The position numbers were made by a program, and so were the translations under genes. A DNA stretch of 64,000 bases from Gordius albopunctatus (lineage: Eukaryota): contig OZ193909.1 in the NCBI GenBank assembly GCA_964276515.1, forward strand, positions 5,332,001 through 5,396,000. Reading direction: 5' to 3'. The notes below the pieces were generated by a model. That model was not told where the DNA came from. It ran no database searches and saw only the letters and a list, made by a program, of their open reading frames with translations. Below, one piece after another: positions 51,524 through 64,000 of this stretch. Position 1 is the first letter of the stretch. Every line of letters begins with the position of its first letter.

Positions 51524-53044
51524 TAGTGTTTCGATCTCGTCTCGTCTTGGTCTCGAAAACAAAATCTCGTTTCATCTCGGCAGCGATTATGAAAATCTCG
51601 ATCTCGTCTCGTCTCGGTCTAGAAAAATCTCGATCTCGTCTCGTCTCATCTCGACTTTTTAAAAAAAATATATACGGAATAAAAATTTATCCTTTTTTAT
51701 TAAACATATTAAATAAGTTTTAAAAAATTAAAATGGCAAATTTTTATATTTTTTAATAAACTTTAATACAAAAACTTTTTAAAGATATAGCGGGACACGA
51801 CACCTCATTGTCAATATAAAGATATGAATTCATTCAAAAAAAATAACATTTTCTATGGAAAGTGCAGACTAAAAAAATATAAATAAATTTGGAGTATAGA
51901 AAATTAAATTTTATTGTTCTAGCAAATTATAACGTTTGTATCAAATCACCGTGTTTGTCAACTATATAGACTTAGAAAATAATATTTTCGGTTATAGTTG
52001 ACTTAGTTGCACAATTTAGCAAATTGAGACCCTTTATTAACACGGGCTACTAAAGCTTCAAAGTAGACCTTAACATATTTAAGGCAAACATTTAAGTCCA
52101 TTAGTACCATTATTAATTATAACCTATAGTGTTTATTGCATGTTTACTATAGCGTTATAAACCACAATGTGCGAGTGACTTTTAATTGATAATATTATTA
52201 TTTACAGAATTGATAACTAGATGCACATATAAAAAGGGGCAGAAACAACAATAAAAGCAGCATTATTATTGGATTAGGAATATGAGGTTTTAAACTCTAA
52301 ATTGCACGTATTTAAATTTATGACAAAAATCATTAAAATCAAATTTATATTCCAAATAATTATCTTCCAATTAGTTATTTATCGAATATAGTTGAAGCAT
52401 AAAACTTCTAGAAAACTCATGCTTTAGATTTAATCTATTGCGGTGTCATTAAATAATGTATTGTACTTTTGAAATCGTTAAGCGGGTGCTAAAAAATCTC
52501 GAGCCACCTTAGCTTAATTAGTTTAATTATTCAAACCGATTTACCACCAATTTATAATTACCGCATTATGCAGGATGAATAACTGCGAAATATAAATATG
52601 CTTTGTTTATATTTACTATTCAATCAGAACACATTCTAAGCCTATAATTTTGTAATATTTAATAATGCTATGGATTTAAATATGTGATAAAGATATTATA
52701 AAATTATTCACATACCCTAAGGGTCAACCATACTTAGGTAAATCCTGCAAAAAATATAATATTTACAGGAATGTTTTTAATGTCAAATATATTCCATACG
52801 TATTAATTTACACTTAATACCTTAAATGTAAATCATGCAAATTAAAATACAAAATAATTTACTAAAATATAACGATAAAAAAAGTCGAGATCTCGCCGAT
52901 AAAATCTCGTCTCGTCTAGTCTCGACATCAAAATTCTCGTCTCGATCTCGACTCCATCTTTTGAATTCTCGTCTCGTCTTGTCTCGGTTTTTCGAGAAGA
53001 GACGAGACGAGACCGAGATTTTTCTCGGTTTTTCCGCATCACTA
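51524..53044. mobile_element. Non-autonomous hAT element with (TCTCG)n subterminal repeats, 278 bp upstream of the SNRNP35 ATG
   Basis: Imperfect TIRs TAGTGTTTCG / CGCATCACTA with a perfect 8-bp TSD tgtgtgag. A related terminal fragment lies at about 48230-48386. Confidence 0.85.
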
Positions 53045-53322
53045 TGTGTGAGCAGGGGGTTTGGATGGGGTTGAAATTTTCAAAACCTAAACGCACAATA
53101 TAAGACAGAGAGGTTTGAGCGGGTCTGGATTTTTTTGAAATTATTATAATCATTGTAATTAAAAATTATATAAGATTTATGCATACGTTCCCTAAATGTT
53201 AACGATATTATATATACCTATTATATATCGCTATTATATGAAACCCAGGCGTTTGTCATATGTTGATTTGCGGCTTTATCAGAATGGTACGATGTTTCTA
53301 GCATTTGGATCATAATAACAAG

Positions 53323-54077
53323 ATGAGTGAATATTGGCGACCTTTGGCACAAGTCTATGATCCAGTAATGATCGGGAGCATTGACGGGACTGATTCAACT
53401 CCTCATGATCATGGTATATCACGGGCTTTGAAGGTGAGCATTTTTAGTAAGACTATATTTATTTTATCTTATATAAATTCTAAATTTAATTATTTATGGA
53501 CTGTTCTTTGCTAAAAACATAAAATTGAATAATTATACAGGCCAAATACAAACCTAATGCACATGTCATTGGAGATCCTTATCATACAATCTTTGTTGGT
53601 CGACTCTCTCTTAAAACCACAGAAGACACATTGCAAAAAGTTAATAAATTTTCTAACAAACCTTATAAGTTTTTATTATTTAAAATTATTTTGGTAAACT
53701 TAAAATTTTAATGAATATTTATCTTTTGTTTACTACCAAGGCTCATTATTTTATTTTAATTAACAATGCCACTCCCACACATTTTTGTATAACCATATTA
53801 CTAATTATCTTGTTGCCTAACTTGTATACAACTCATTTTAAAGTTAAGGCTAATTATAACTAGGAATTTTCCATGTATGGTCGTATAAAGAGACTTAGAT
53901 TGGTGCGAGATATTGTCACAGGGTTATCAAGAAAATATGCTTTCATTGAATATCGAAGATCATTTGAAGCCAAACGAGCTTACACTGAAGGACACAATCG
54001 TATCATAGATGATGTTACCATTTTGGTGGATTCTGAATGTGAGCGTACCCTTAAGGGATGGGTTCCAAGACGCTTAG
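53323..54077 (+). CDS. SNRNP35: U11/U12 snRNP 35 kDa protein (RRM), coding exons 1-3; 3' exon(s) not found in window
   Basis: Exons 53323-53433, 53541-53639 and 53864-54077 (GT-AG, in phase) give MSEYWRPLAQVYDPVMIGSIDGTDSTPHD..AKYKPN..GDPYHTIFVGRL..YGRIKRLRLVRDIVTGLSRKYAFIEY..ERTLKGWVPRRLG. The GSIDGTD..PHD and ERTLKGW.PRRLG motifs match SNRNP35. The expected GGKKESGQLRFGG exon was not seen before 64000. Confidence 0.93.
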
Positions 54078-55340
54078 GTAATTATAATAGACTCTTATTA
54101 AACCCTAAAAAGAGATATGACAAAGTTTATTTTGGGGTTAATCTTTTGTATTATTTTGCTTCTCCCCTCATCTTTTAGAATTAAAATTTTTCTTTAACTT
54201 CACATCTCTTTTCCATCATTTGTATTTATTGTGTACCCATTTTAAATAATTAGCAAAATTTTAAAAATATATATGATATAAAAATGACTAACAAATTTTC
54301 TGCAATTGTTATTTCATGTGAGTGCCTTTTTCTTATGATTCTTACTTACATATTATTAAAATTTTACTATAATACAAGTTGATAATTTGAATGTTATTGC
54401 CAATTTTTTTGAAAAAATTAAACAAAATACCCAAATTATTTCTGACATTTTGCATTGCTTTTTGTTCTAAGACTAGAAATAACAAAAATTATTCTTTTTA
54501 GCAACTCAAACAATTGTTAAGATTATTGAGAAAGGTGTCAAAATTACTTTTAATTTTTTAAGAATACTTATATACCTAAGTTTAAACCAATTGAGCATTT
54601 TTTCATGGTTATCTAGATTCTAGATAATGCTTAACACCAAAAGGATTCTAAAATTTATACCTACACTAGCTGATCCGGCAAACGTTGTTTTGATATTTCT
54701 AGAAAATACTATAATCTATAAGTGATATGCATGCTCATCGTTATGCCTCGATCATATAATGAGCGATTAAAATATAATTGTCCTATGGGAAATAATTCAC
54801 GAACTCAATGTAGGAAGAATTAACACGCTAAATACGAAATATAAACACATAAAGCAAAGTATTTACTTAACATCAAATTTTTTATTGCTTTGCTTTACAC
54901 ATTTTGCCTATATAAATATACTGTCAAATAAATAAATACATGCCTAAAGAATTATTAAATTTGTAAATTGCCACAGGTTTGTTTTTTTATTAAAAGTGCT
55001 AAAAACTTTTTTTGGTCCTATCGCAAAATTACGATTCTGGCAAATGGCCGTTTTCGGACTTCAATCAAAACCCCAACCCGCCCTGAAAATCTGTTTTATT
55101 TTTGCACCTGAACATATTTTAGCGCGTCCAGCTTTTCACTTTTTTGGGCAAACTACAATTCTGCTTACATCAGCTTATATAGACGTAGCCCGACCCTCTA
55201 CCCTCAATTTGCCCTCCGTTAATTTTTACTATTACTTAAATTGCATAGCAAATGAATGCTCCCATACAAGGACAGCAAGTATAAAGAAGTTAAATGTTTT
55301 TAACCTTTGAAATTAAGATTTTTAAAAGTTTAGCGGTCGC

Positions 55341-56122
55341 ATGGATTATGACATTTGTCATCTGGGCGACCGCTAAACTTTTAAAAATCTTAATGTCAAA
55401 GGTGTAAAACATTTTTTAAGCTCACAGTGAGTCAGAATTTCAAAAAAAATAAAATAGCATCATAAATATGGATTTGACATTTGTCACCTGGGCGACCGCT
55501 AAACTTTTAAAAATCTTAATTTCAAAGGTGAAAAACATTTTTTAGGCTCTTAGTGAGTCAGAACTTCAAAAAAAAATTTAAATCGCATCATAAATATGGA
55601 TTATGACATTTGTCACCTGGGCGACCGCTAAACTTTTAAAAATCTTAATTTCAAAGGTGAAAAACATTTTTTAGGCTCTTAGTGAGTCAGAACTTCAAAA
55701 TAAATTTAAATCGCATCATAAATATGGATTATGACATTTGTCACCTGGGTGACCGCTAAACTTTTAAAAATCTTAATTTCAAAGGTGAAAAACATTTTTT
55801 AGGCTCTTAGTGAGTCAGAACTTAAAAAAAAATTAAATCGCATCATAAATATGGATTATGACATTTGTCACCTGGGCGACCGCTAAACTTTTAAAAATTT
55901 TAATTTCAAAGGTGAAAAACATTTTTTAGGCTCTTAGTGAGTCAGAACTTAAAAAAAAAATTAAATCGCATCATAAATATGGATTATGACATTTGTCACC
56001 TGGGCGACCGCTAAACTTTTAAAAATCTTAATTTCAAAGGTGAAAAACATTTTTAAAGCTCTTAATGAGTCAGAATTTGAAAAAAAATTTAAATCGCATC
56101 ATAAATATAGATTATGACATTT
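55341..56122. repeat. About 128-bp tandem repeat, about 6 copies, in the SNRNP35 intron
   Basis: Unit GGATTATGACATTTGTCACCTGGGCGACCGCTAAACTTTT..TGAGTCAGAA..GCATCATAAATAT recurs at 126-129 bp spacing. Confidence 0.95.
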
Positions 56123-56699
56123 ACCCCATCTATATATTTATTTAACCACCTGTACAAAATATTTATACCTAAAAACTCAAAATGTATATAATTACACATA
56201 GGGTAAAAAATCAAATATACAATCTCATCTTATTATCGTGCAATCCATCATTTTATGCTCAACATGCTTAATTTCTTATAAAACTATATAATATAATAAC
56301 TATAATATAGCATGAGCAAATTTTGTTAGTAACTAAAAAAGTTTAACAAAAGCAATTCAATCTACTATCTGCTCGAATTTACTGCTCGAGCTCCTGCTAA
56401 ATTTTTTAAAAGATTTGGCTGCTTCGACTAACTTCTCGAGCATTTTTATGTGCTACTGTTTAAACTAACGCACCGAACAGTTAGCACTCATTGTGCTAAA
56501 CTAGCATATTACCCAGCTACTGTTCGTGCTCGAGCATAGCACATAGTTAGCATTGCTAAAGTTAGCAATTTAACAACTCTAAAGACAGGTATCATATTAT
56601 TAAAATTTGCTGTAAGTTGTAATCTTTAGAAATGCTGGCAAGGGTGGTGATGACAAAAGAAAAGATAATTAATGTTATCAAATTGCACCATGATGGCCT

Positions 56700-57214
56700 A
56701 ACTGACAGCATACATGCTAAAAGCTTGGGGGGCATCTTGGGTATAATCGTACTCAAGAAAAGATAGCAGTGAAGTAAGCTTTATACAATTTAAGGTTTTC
56801 ATAATTGCTTTTACAGTGTATATCCGTGTGCCTTTTTTTCAAGATCACACCCTCCATTGTTTTAAGGGTGTAAATTCCTTTAAATGGGTTAAATAAGATT
56901 TTATATGATATACCATGATGACCAGAGGCAATCTTGTATGGCCCGATCCATTAAGGTACCATCTTGTCGCCTTTCCGGTCAGCCCGCCTACAATTAAAAG
57001 CCAGGACTACATCATCGACTTGAAACCCCGGTTTCAAGTGGTGCCTCTTTTCATAATAAGCTTTCTGTTTGGACTGGGCACTAAGGATGTTGTCCATGGC
57101 TATTTCATAAATGTTTTTGGATTTATCCTTGAGCCTTTTAAAGTCAAAAGACTCATAATCGTTTTCCTCTATGTCAGGAAGCTCATCATCATCTCCATTT
57201 TGAATATGCATCAT
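56700..57214. mobile_element. Gypsy/Ginger-like integrase fragments in opposite orientations
   Basis: Plus strand at about 56728-56770 gives GGHLGYNRTQEKIA (integrase zinc region). Minus strand at 57214-56930 gives NILSAQSKQKAYYEKRH..FQVDDVVL..RKGDKMVP*WIGPYKI (GPY motif). Confidence 0.6.
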
Positions 57215-57250
57215 GTTTTATTTAAAGTTTTATATACTTGTGTTTGTTCG

Positions 57251-57682
57251 CATGGGCGTAGGCAGGGGGGGGCGGCCGCCCCCCCCCCCTGAATGAGAAT
57301 TTTTCTATTTTTTAATGTAAATTTATGTAAAAATTGGAAAAAATTAGTGTTTCGCCCCCCCCCCCTGATTGAAATTAAGTTTTATGTTGAAAATTTTATT
57401 TCACGACCTTTTGACGCAAATTTAAATTATATAAAAATTAAATATTGAGATTAGTAGTTGCGTTTGTGTTAGTTCCTTCATACATCGTTTACATATCCTC
57501 TGTACACTGTACTGTTGATTAATAATGAGTTTTTATGTGGGTTGAGGCTAAAGAATAGCAAAATTACTAACGTTAAATACCAAAAAAAGGTCTTGGCGAC
57601 CTTTTTTTTTTGCTCTCACTTAGTCTCGGCGATTTTTTTTGCTCGCCCCCCCCCCCTGATCCGAAAGCTGGCTACGCCCATG
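57251..57682. mobile_element. hAT-type MITE (CATGGGCGTAG TIR family)
   Basis: TIRs CATGGGCGTAG / CTACGCCCATG with a perfect 8-bp TSD tttgttcg. Related copies lie near 16267-16409 and 28426-28590, with partial ends near 5416 and 7449. Confidence 0.88.
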
Positions 57683-59399
57683 TTTGTTCGTTTTTATTAT
57701 ACATGTATAAATTCAGATAAGTAATATTTTGCGACTTTATCTATATCTAGTTAATTATTTATAAAAGCACTTTTACTTGTTTTGGGTTTTTGAGGCGGAT
57801 TTTTTTAATGCACAATTCTCACGATTGTTTTTATATTGCCTTTTTGGTACACAAGCCAATCATAATTCGTGGTACTCCACGTGGTGATAACAGTCACGCT
57901 AATCATTTTTAACTATTTCAATTTTGACCAATTATATGTAGGCGCACAAATACCACCCTACACCGGCCCGAGGCGAAAAGCCATTTTTATTTTTGCACCC
58001 GAATCGAACCCGGAGCAACATCATTAATCTCGGTTATTTCCGAAACATGCGAATATCCCCTAACTTCCTAAGCAAATCCTCCTTTTTGTTTAAAATATGC
58101 CTAGATATACAGCATTAAAAACTGTGATATTATGAGGGGTCGTAAAAAAGCATTGCCCACAAGCCTTACTTTGGTCAATAAGCTATCAGTGTACTCAGAT
58201 ATTAAATTATCACATTCATGCATTATCTTTAAAATCGTATTCGTATTTGCTCAAGTGATCTAATGCTAAAGTAATCTAAAATTTGCAAAGAATGCTTATA
58301 ACTAATTAATTTTATTGCTTATCTACGCAATATAAAATGATAAATTATATTCACTTAACAAAGACTCTATCCCACAAATTATTTCGTGGAAACATTGATT
58401 TCAAACATAAATAAATATTAATGCAATCTTCAAGCTAAATCACGTTATCCATTATCTGTGAACCCTAATTTACAATCTTGAAAGTTGCAAATTAACCTTA
58501 ATTAAAAAATATCAATAGTCCTTAATTTTTGGTATGGTGCAAGTTTGGATCTAAACCATATTCTCCTTACAACTTTATATAACAATCCATAAATCTTTTA
58601 ATATCTATCCAATGATTCCAAATTAAGACATGCTACATTTGTCTCATAAAGATTTACACTTCAAATCATTTAACCAATCTATTCAATTCAATATAACCAA
58701 TATAAAAAATTGCCATCAATCCACTTTATCCACTATGGCATCTATTCCTATTCACATTGCATCCAACACATGCAAGTGTCTATCCCCCAAAGTTTCAGCT
58801 CGAAAACATTAAGAAGTCCAAACATTCAAACAACAATCAAGCAAATTACTGAGAAAGACTCACAACCACACCCATTATTTTCAACTTGATCCCTACTATT
58901 CAAAGCAAACATTAATTTACTCAGAAACTCTTCACAAAAAAACAAACAATTACCTCACCCAATCTTTCTCTCTAACATCATCACTACTATTCAAAGCAAA
59001 CTGAACCCTCTACATAATAACCTAGAAACCACTTACAGTATTTCAATCATTTATACATCTCTTATCACTATTTTATTAACATCCATAGTTTTTTTTGCAC
59101 ATATTTAGACCTAAAATTATATACCCAAAAATTAAAAATTATATACAATATCTTATCAGGCAACTTTTTAACAATTACAACCAACATTTACAATATGCAA
59201 TCTAGTATCTTTTACAAAATAACTTATCTAACCAAGGTAACAAATTTTTTTTTTAAAAACAACTGCAATGCCACTTACTCTATCCTTAAGGTTGTCCTTT
59301 ATCCTTCCACTCATAATTACTCAGAGTCTTACAATAAATCATCAGTTTTGACATGAATAAATTCTTTTCTTTGTCTGATAAAATTCATATACATATTAA

Positions 59400-62384
59400 A
59401 TGGTCCTTTTAAAAGCCCTATGCCCCTTGTGTCATCGAAATATCTCATTAAACAAAAAGAATTGTTTTTTACAACATGGCCCTGTCACCAATAAATGCCC
59501 CTCCTCGGGGAAGCTCGCTCCCCCAAACACTACATGTCCACCATCAACCTTAATATTGGAAGATAACATTATTCTCAGTCCCTCTGGTACTGATATTCCT
59601 AATCTAATACCTCATCAAACCTACTATACCACAAATGAAAAAAAAGAGATGACATGGAGTACAGCCTTTTTATCTCAAACATTCCCACCAACCATATCCA
59701 GAATTCCAAGGGGGGCCCGGGCGTGCATGCAACAGTTTTTAATAAACTTACTTAACAATATTATTTCCCTCCCTCAGAACCTTTCCCATTGGGAGAAACT
59801 ATTTAAATTCTCTTTTTACATTTTATCCATTCCTCAAGACAAAGAAGCAAATATCACTCATAATATTAAACAATCAGTTTTAAAGTTCGACAGTCAAAAC
59901 AGCCCTCCAGCATATAACATTGAGAGAAAGGAATCCCACATATTAACTCCCAAACAAAAAGCGAATATGATCTCTAGAAAAATCCACGCCTTCAACATAA
60001 AAAGTGCAATCAGATTTCTTGAAGAAGACAATTCATTTTTGAGTCCTTCACAAAAATCATACGAAGAAATGGTTCTCAAACACCCCCAGAGTCTATCGTC
60101 TACTTACCTATCGCCCTCGCAACCTTCAGATATTGCTTTTAAGTCACCAGAAATTCGAGATGCCATCTTATCCTTTCCCATGGATTCTGCAGGTGGTCTC
60201 GACGGCATAAAACCAATTTTTTTAAAAGATCTTATAACAATTGATAATAATAACTCCTCCATCTTATTAGACTTACTCACCAAATTTTGTAACCTTTTAG
60301 TCAATGGAAGTATACCTAAAGAAATAACGCCCATAGTCTTTGGAGCTAAGCTTTTAGCTATTAGGAAGGCCGACAATTCAGCCAGGCCTATCGCTATCGG
60401 CGGTGTTTTTCGAAGAATTATTTCTAAATTAATTTGCTCGGCGATCAAACCAATATTGACCCCAACTTTAATTCCGCATCAACTAGGCTTTGGGGTCAAA
60501 GGAGGGTGCGAGATAGCTACCCATGCCGCACGCTTAGCCCTGGAACACATCCCACCGGGTGACTCCTTTATAAAACTGGATTTTAAAAATGCTTTCAACA
60601 GCATTCGCCGCACTGCTTTCATTAATGAATTTATCAAACTGTTTCCCCACTACACCAACTGCATCATTTTAAGTTATGGATGCCCTTCGATTTTGAGATT
60701 TGGAGAATTCTTCCTCGAATCCGCAGAGGGGATCCAACAAGGCGATCCTCTAAGCCCCCCCCCTTTATTCTGCTTGGCCATAAATCACCTAATTAACGAA
60801 ATTAACAAACACTGTAAACTTACTCTTAATGTCTGGTATCTTGATGACGCCACTCTTGTTGGGACCCCTGACAACCTAGCCCAAGCACTAGATGTAATAC
60901 ATGCTTTTTTCCCCACTCTAAACTTATGTTTAAACGCCTCTAAAAGTGAAATATATTCTGACTTGGATAATATTCACCCAAAGTTTTTTGACTTTGCCAA
61001 AATTAAAAAAGACAATTTGTATGTTTTAGGCGCACCTATCGGGGGACCCCAGTGCCTTAAAAAATTTTTAGACAAAAATCTCTCTTCTTTAAAAACCAAA
61101 TAAGACATTTTTAAATCTATGCCATCTCATCATTCTTTTTATATTATAAAAAATTATTACAACATTAGCAAAATTTTATTCTGCTTCCGCTCTACGCAAG
61201 CTTTTTTATTTAAAGAAGTTTTACAGGACTATGAAAACTTTTTTAAATCCACTCTTGAATCAATTTTAAATATTTCCTTTAACACCAATACTTGGCTTCA
61301 AGCCACACTTCCCACAAAATCCGGTGGCCTTGGTATTCGCTCCCCATCTGCGATTTCCCTAGCCGCCTTCCTTTCTTCCTCTCTATCTTTTAAACATCAT
61401 ATCAACGACCTTGTCCCATTCCCACTTAATCCCTCCATAAATCAAGCCCTATCCTTATGGAATGAGAACGTCAATGTAGGAGCTAATATACCACAATCAT
61501 ACGCTCAAAAAGATTTGGATGCAAGCTTGGTGTCGCGGTCCGTTGCTTACCTTCTCTCGACATGCGACGCCAAACAGCATTGCAACCTTAGGTCATTGGC
61601 TTTCGACCAATCCGGACATGAATGGCTTGAAGCTTACCCTAGTAAGTTTTCGGGTATGTTTTTGGAGAATCCTACCCTCTCCTACAATATAGCCCTCCGC
61701 TTGGGCTGTAAATACACGTCCTCATACCCCTGCCGGCTTTGTAATTCACTTGTAGATGAGGAAGCACGTCATCCCCTGCATTGTAAATTTAACAAAAGCC
61801 GGTATGGTAGGCACCAAAAAATAAATACACTACTTCAAGCTGCCCTCAAACGGGCAAAAGTCCCTTCGATCCTTGAACCTTCAGATCCCTCTCTCGAAGG
61901 GCGGATGCGCCCGGACGGTTCGTCCCTTATCCCATGGGACAAAGGCCTTTTCCTAAAATGGGACTACACCTGTATAGACCTTTTTGCCCCCTCCAACGAT
62001 ACTCACGACCCCCTTGGATCGGCAGAGCATCGGAAATCCTTAAAATATTCAGCTTTATCCCAAACCTCGATTTTTATTCCTATCGTCTCATCGTGCTCAG
62101 GGACATTTGGGAAGAGCGCTTTAATTTTTTTAAAGAACTCAATAAACGCTCACCCCCTGGTAAAATATCGAATAGTTTTTTACTACGACAATCAATTGCC
62201 ATCGCGAACGCTAAATCTAATTTTTATTCTTTGATGGATTCAATGCCCATTCTCAAAGATGAAGAAACGGATATTGAGTTTTAATCATTTTTTATATAAA
62301 TGTTTTCGTTCTTGTATCTTTTTATTAATTCCACTCAATATTTAATACTTTTTATTTAATAAAGCATGTCAATTTAAAAAAAAA
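59400..62384 (+). mobile_element. Non-LTR retrotransposon with restriction-like endonuclease (CRE-like clade); single ORF with one in-frame stop and one late frameshift
   Basis: N-terminal CPLC..H..C motif; RT motifs RPIAIG, QLGFGVKGGCE, KLDFKNAFNS, GIQQGDPLS, WYLDD; CRLC..HPLHC knuckle, RHQKIN, and RLE MRPDG..IPWDKG..WDYTC. ORFs 59400 and 61119 share a frame, separated by TAA at 61101-61103. The C-terminus continues in the 61934 frame to 62284. AATAAA near 62358 and an A-tail to about 62384 follow. Confidence 0.88.
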
Positions 62385-62651
62385 ATTCATAAAAACTTAA
62401 AGCAACCAGTATAAGCATGAACGTAGCCAAGCCCTCAAACATTAAGGCCCGTTTTCCTCCCCTGCTTAAATTTCACAGAAAATGAAATGTTTTTCAACAA
62501 AATGTAGAAGAGTTTAGGTTAAAGGCTCAACAAAAAACAACACGGGACCCGGGGGCGCTACCTAACACCAAAGAACCGAGGATAATAACCTTGTTAGGAG
62601 TTAGAGGCGGAGCCCTTCTTAGATGTCTGAAGAACTGAGATAATATGTATC

Positions 62652-62880
62652 AACATTTATTGGCACTTTGTTAAAAGTATTTTCATTTTTCTCCCAATTT
62701 AACGCGCAAAAAATGACAAAATTAGATTTTTAAATTTATTTAGCCACGCAGGAGGGGACAATAATAATTGACGTGAAAAATAAGCAAAAAAATGACTTTG
62801 ATTTAATGTTTAAAATTGTAAAAAAGCACATGCCTACATTTATCCGACTACACTACCTACACGCATTTCTAGAAAATACT
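62652..62880. repeat. Dispersed repeat, inverted homolog of about 14575-14830
   Basis: Shared blocks ACATTTATTGGCACTTTGTTA, AGCCACGCAGGAGGGGACA and CACTACCTACACGCATT are reverse complements of the 14.6-14.8 kb sequence. Confidence 0.8.
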
Positions 62881-62904
62881 AGTGATGGTGAAATAGCGTT
62901 TGAT

Positions 62905-63410
62905 AGGCGCTATAGCACATAGTCACGTGGAGGCACTAAAACTATAGCACATAGTAACACGAGGGCTCTAGAGCTATAGGAGATAATCACATAAATTGCT
63001 ATAGCGTGGCGCTATCATTGTTATTATTTGTTATTGTTAAGTCGTTGCAGACTTTATTTATATGCCTGCGTCTTTCATACTTAATTTAGGTCACTTATTG
63101 ATAGCCCTGAGCTTATTAATTAAATTAGCCTATAAACTTATTTCAAATCACATGTGCGCGTATGCTACTTAACAATAACAAATCATAACAATGATTGTGC
63201 CACCCTATAGCTCTAGCACCTTATTTGACTATCTCCTACAGGTCTAGCATCCTCGTGTGGTAGTGCCTCCCATCTACATAGCATAGTCACTTGGAGGCGC
63301 TACAGCTATAGCACATAGTCACACGAGGGCGCTAGAGCTGTAGGAGATAGTCACATAAGGTGCTAGAGCTATAGCGGGGCGCTATCATTGTTATGATTTT
63401 TTATTGTTAA
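62905..63410. repeat. Direct and inverted repeat cluster (GCTATAGCACATAGTCAC units), fold-back-like
   Basis: Similar blocks at about 62908-63040 and 63280-63410, with an inverted block at about 63165-63275. Confidence 0.7.
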
Positions 63411-64000
63411 GTGGCATAATTAAATACAATATTTTTATTCAAAACCCCCCCCCCCTCTCACTTGCAAAGATTGCGCTTAAAGCGAACGAACTTCTAAAAA
63501 GTGAAACTTAATTTAAGCTTTCTAGTTTGCTTGATGTTTTTTAAAGGGTTTATTGGTGTTTCCGTCCCATAAATCGTGCTAATTACACTGGTCAACAAAT
63601 AATGGACTTGTGAAATTAACCTGCGAACTATTTGCAGATTCTGGTAGAGTTTTTCACGGTGAACACTAATATGTTTTTACTTTTTTACCTATACGTCAAG
63701 TTTTTAAATATTCGCTGTCAAAGTCGCCAAAAACGCGATTTTAGCGTTTTTCAAACGTCAATAACTTGCAAATTAATGGGTAAAAATTTTGTTTAATAGA
63801 CTTAATTCGTAGATATATGGGAGAGGAATGTATTGACAATGTTTTATCCTAGCACATTTACTTTTTAAATTATATACAAAATTAACTATCCCTATCTTTT
63901 ACATTGACAAATTGCCCCAGACTTGACGGCGCCCTCCCTTCTCTTCAACACTAGAAATTAAGTGCGTGTTGTTGGTGTTGTTGTTTATCTACTTTACTAA

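Noticed and set aside
10792..54100. U12-type introns in PAN2 or SNRNP35
   Set aside because: No inferred donor matches RTATCCTT; all look like U2-type GT-AG introns.
50125..56122. CRISPR-like arrays (43-bp and 128-bp repeats)
   Set aside because: The units are contiguous with no unique spacers, there are no cas genes, and the context is eukaryotic.
61101..61103. Programmed readthrough or alternative genetic code at the retrotransposon TAA
   Set aside because: A single nonsense mutation is simpler; PAN2 uses TAA as a normal stop and has no internal stops.

Overview
This is AT-rich, intron-containing eukaryotic (metazoan-like) DNA, not prokaryotic; the taxon cannot be fixed from this window. 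Two host genes can be reconstructed by hand. PAN2 (poly(A) nuclease; WD40, pseudo-UCH and DEDDh domains) has 24 phase-consistent exons at 10642-32852 (+, 1369 aa). SNRNP35 (U11/U12 snRNP 35 kDa) shows its first three coding exons at 53323-54077 (+); its last exon is not visible. There is also a disrupted serpin fragment. The remainder is dense with mobile DNA: hAT elements and MITEs with 8-bp target-site duplications (TSDs), a self-nested PIF/Harbinger-like MITE, Helitrons (one carrying an 884-bp (CATA)n array), a decayed RTE LINE, a near-intact CRE-like RLE retrotransposon, and LTR remnants. The most unusual object is a Ty3/Gypsy (Mag-like) element at 39305-41610. It has 68-bp micro-LTRs and an 18-nt tRNA-Ser primer-binding site (PBS) defining the minus strand as sense, yet its only cargo, an RT-RNaseH-integrase segment, lies on the plus strand (antisense). 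PAN2 also carries a Nab2-type CCCH zinc finger inserted in its pseudo-UCH domain. All homology calls come from recalled motifs, not database searches.
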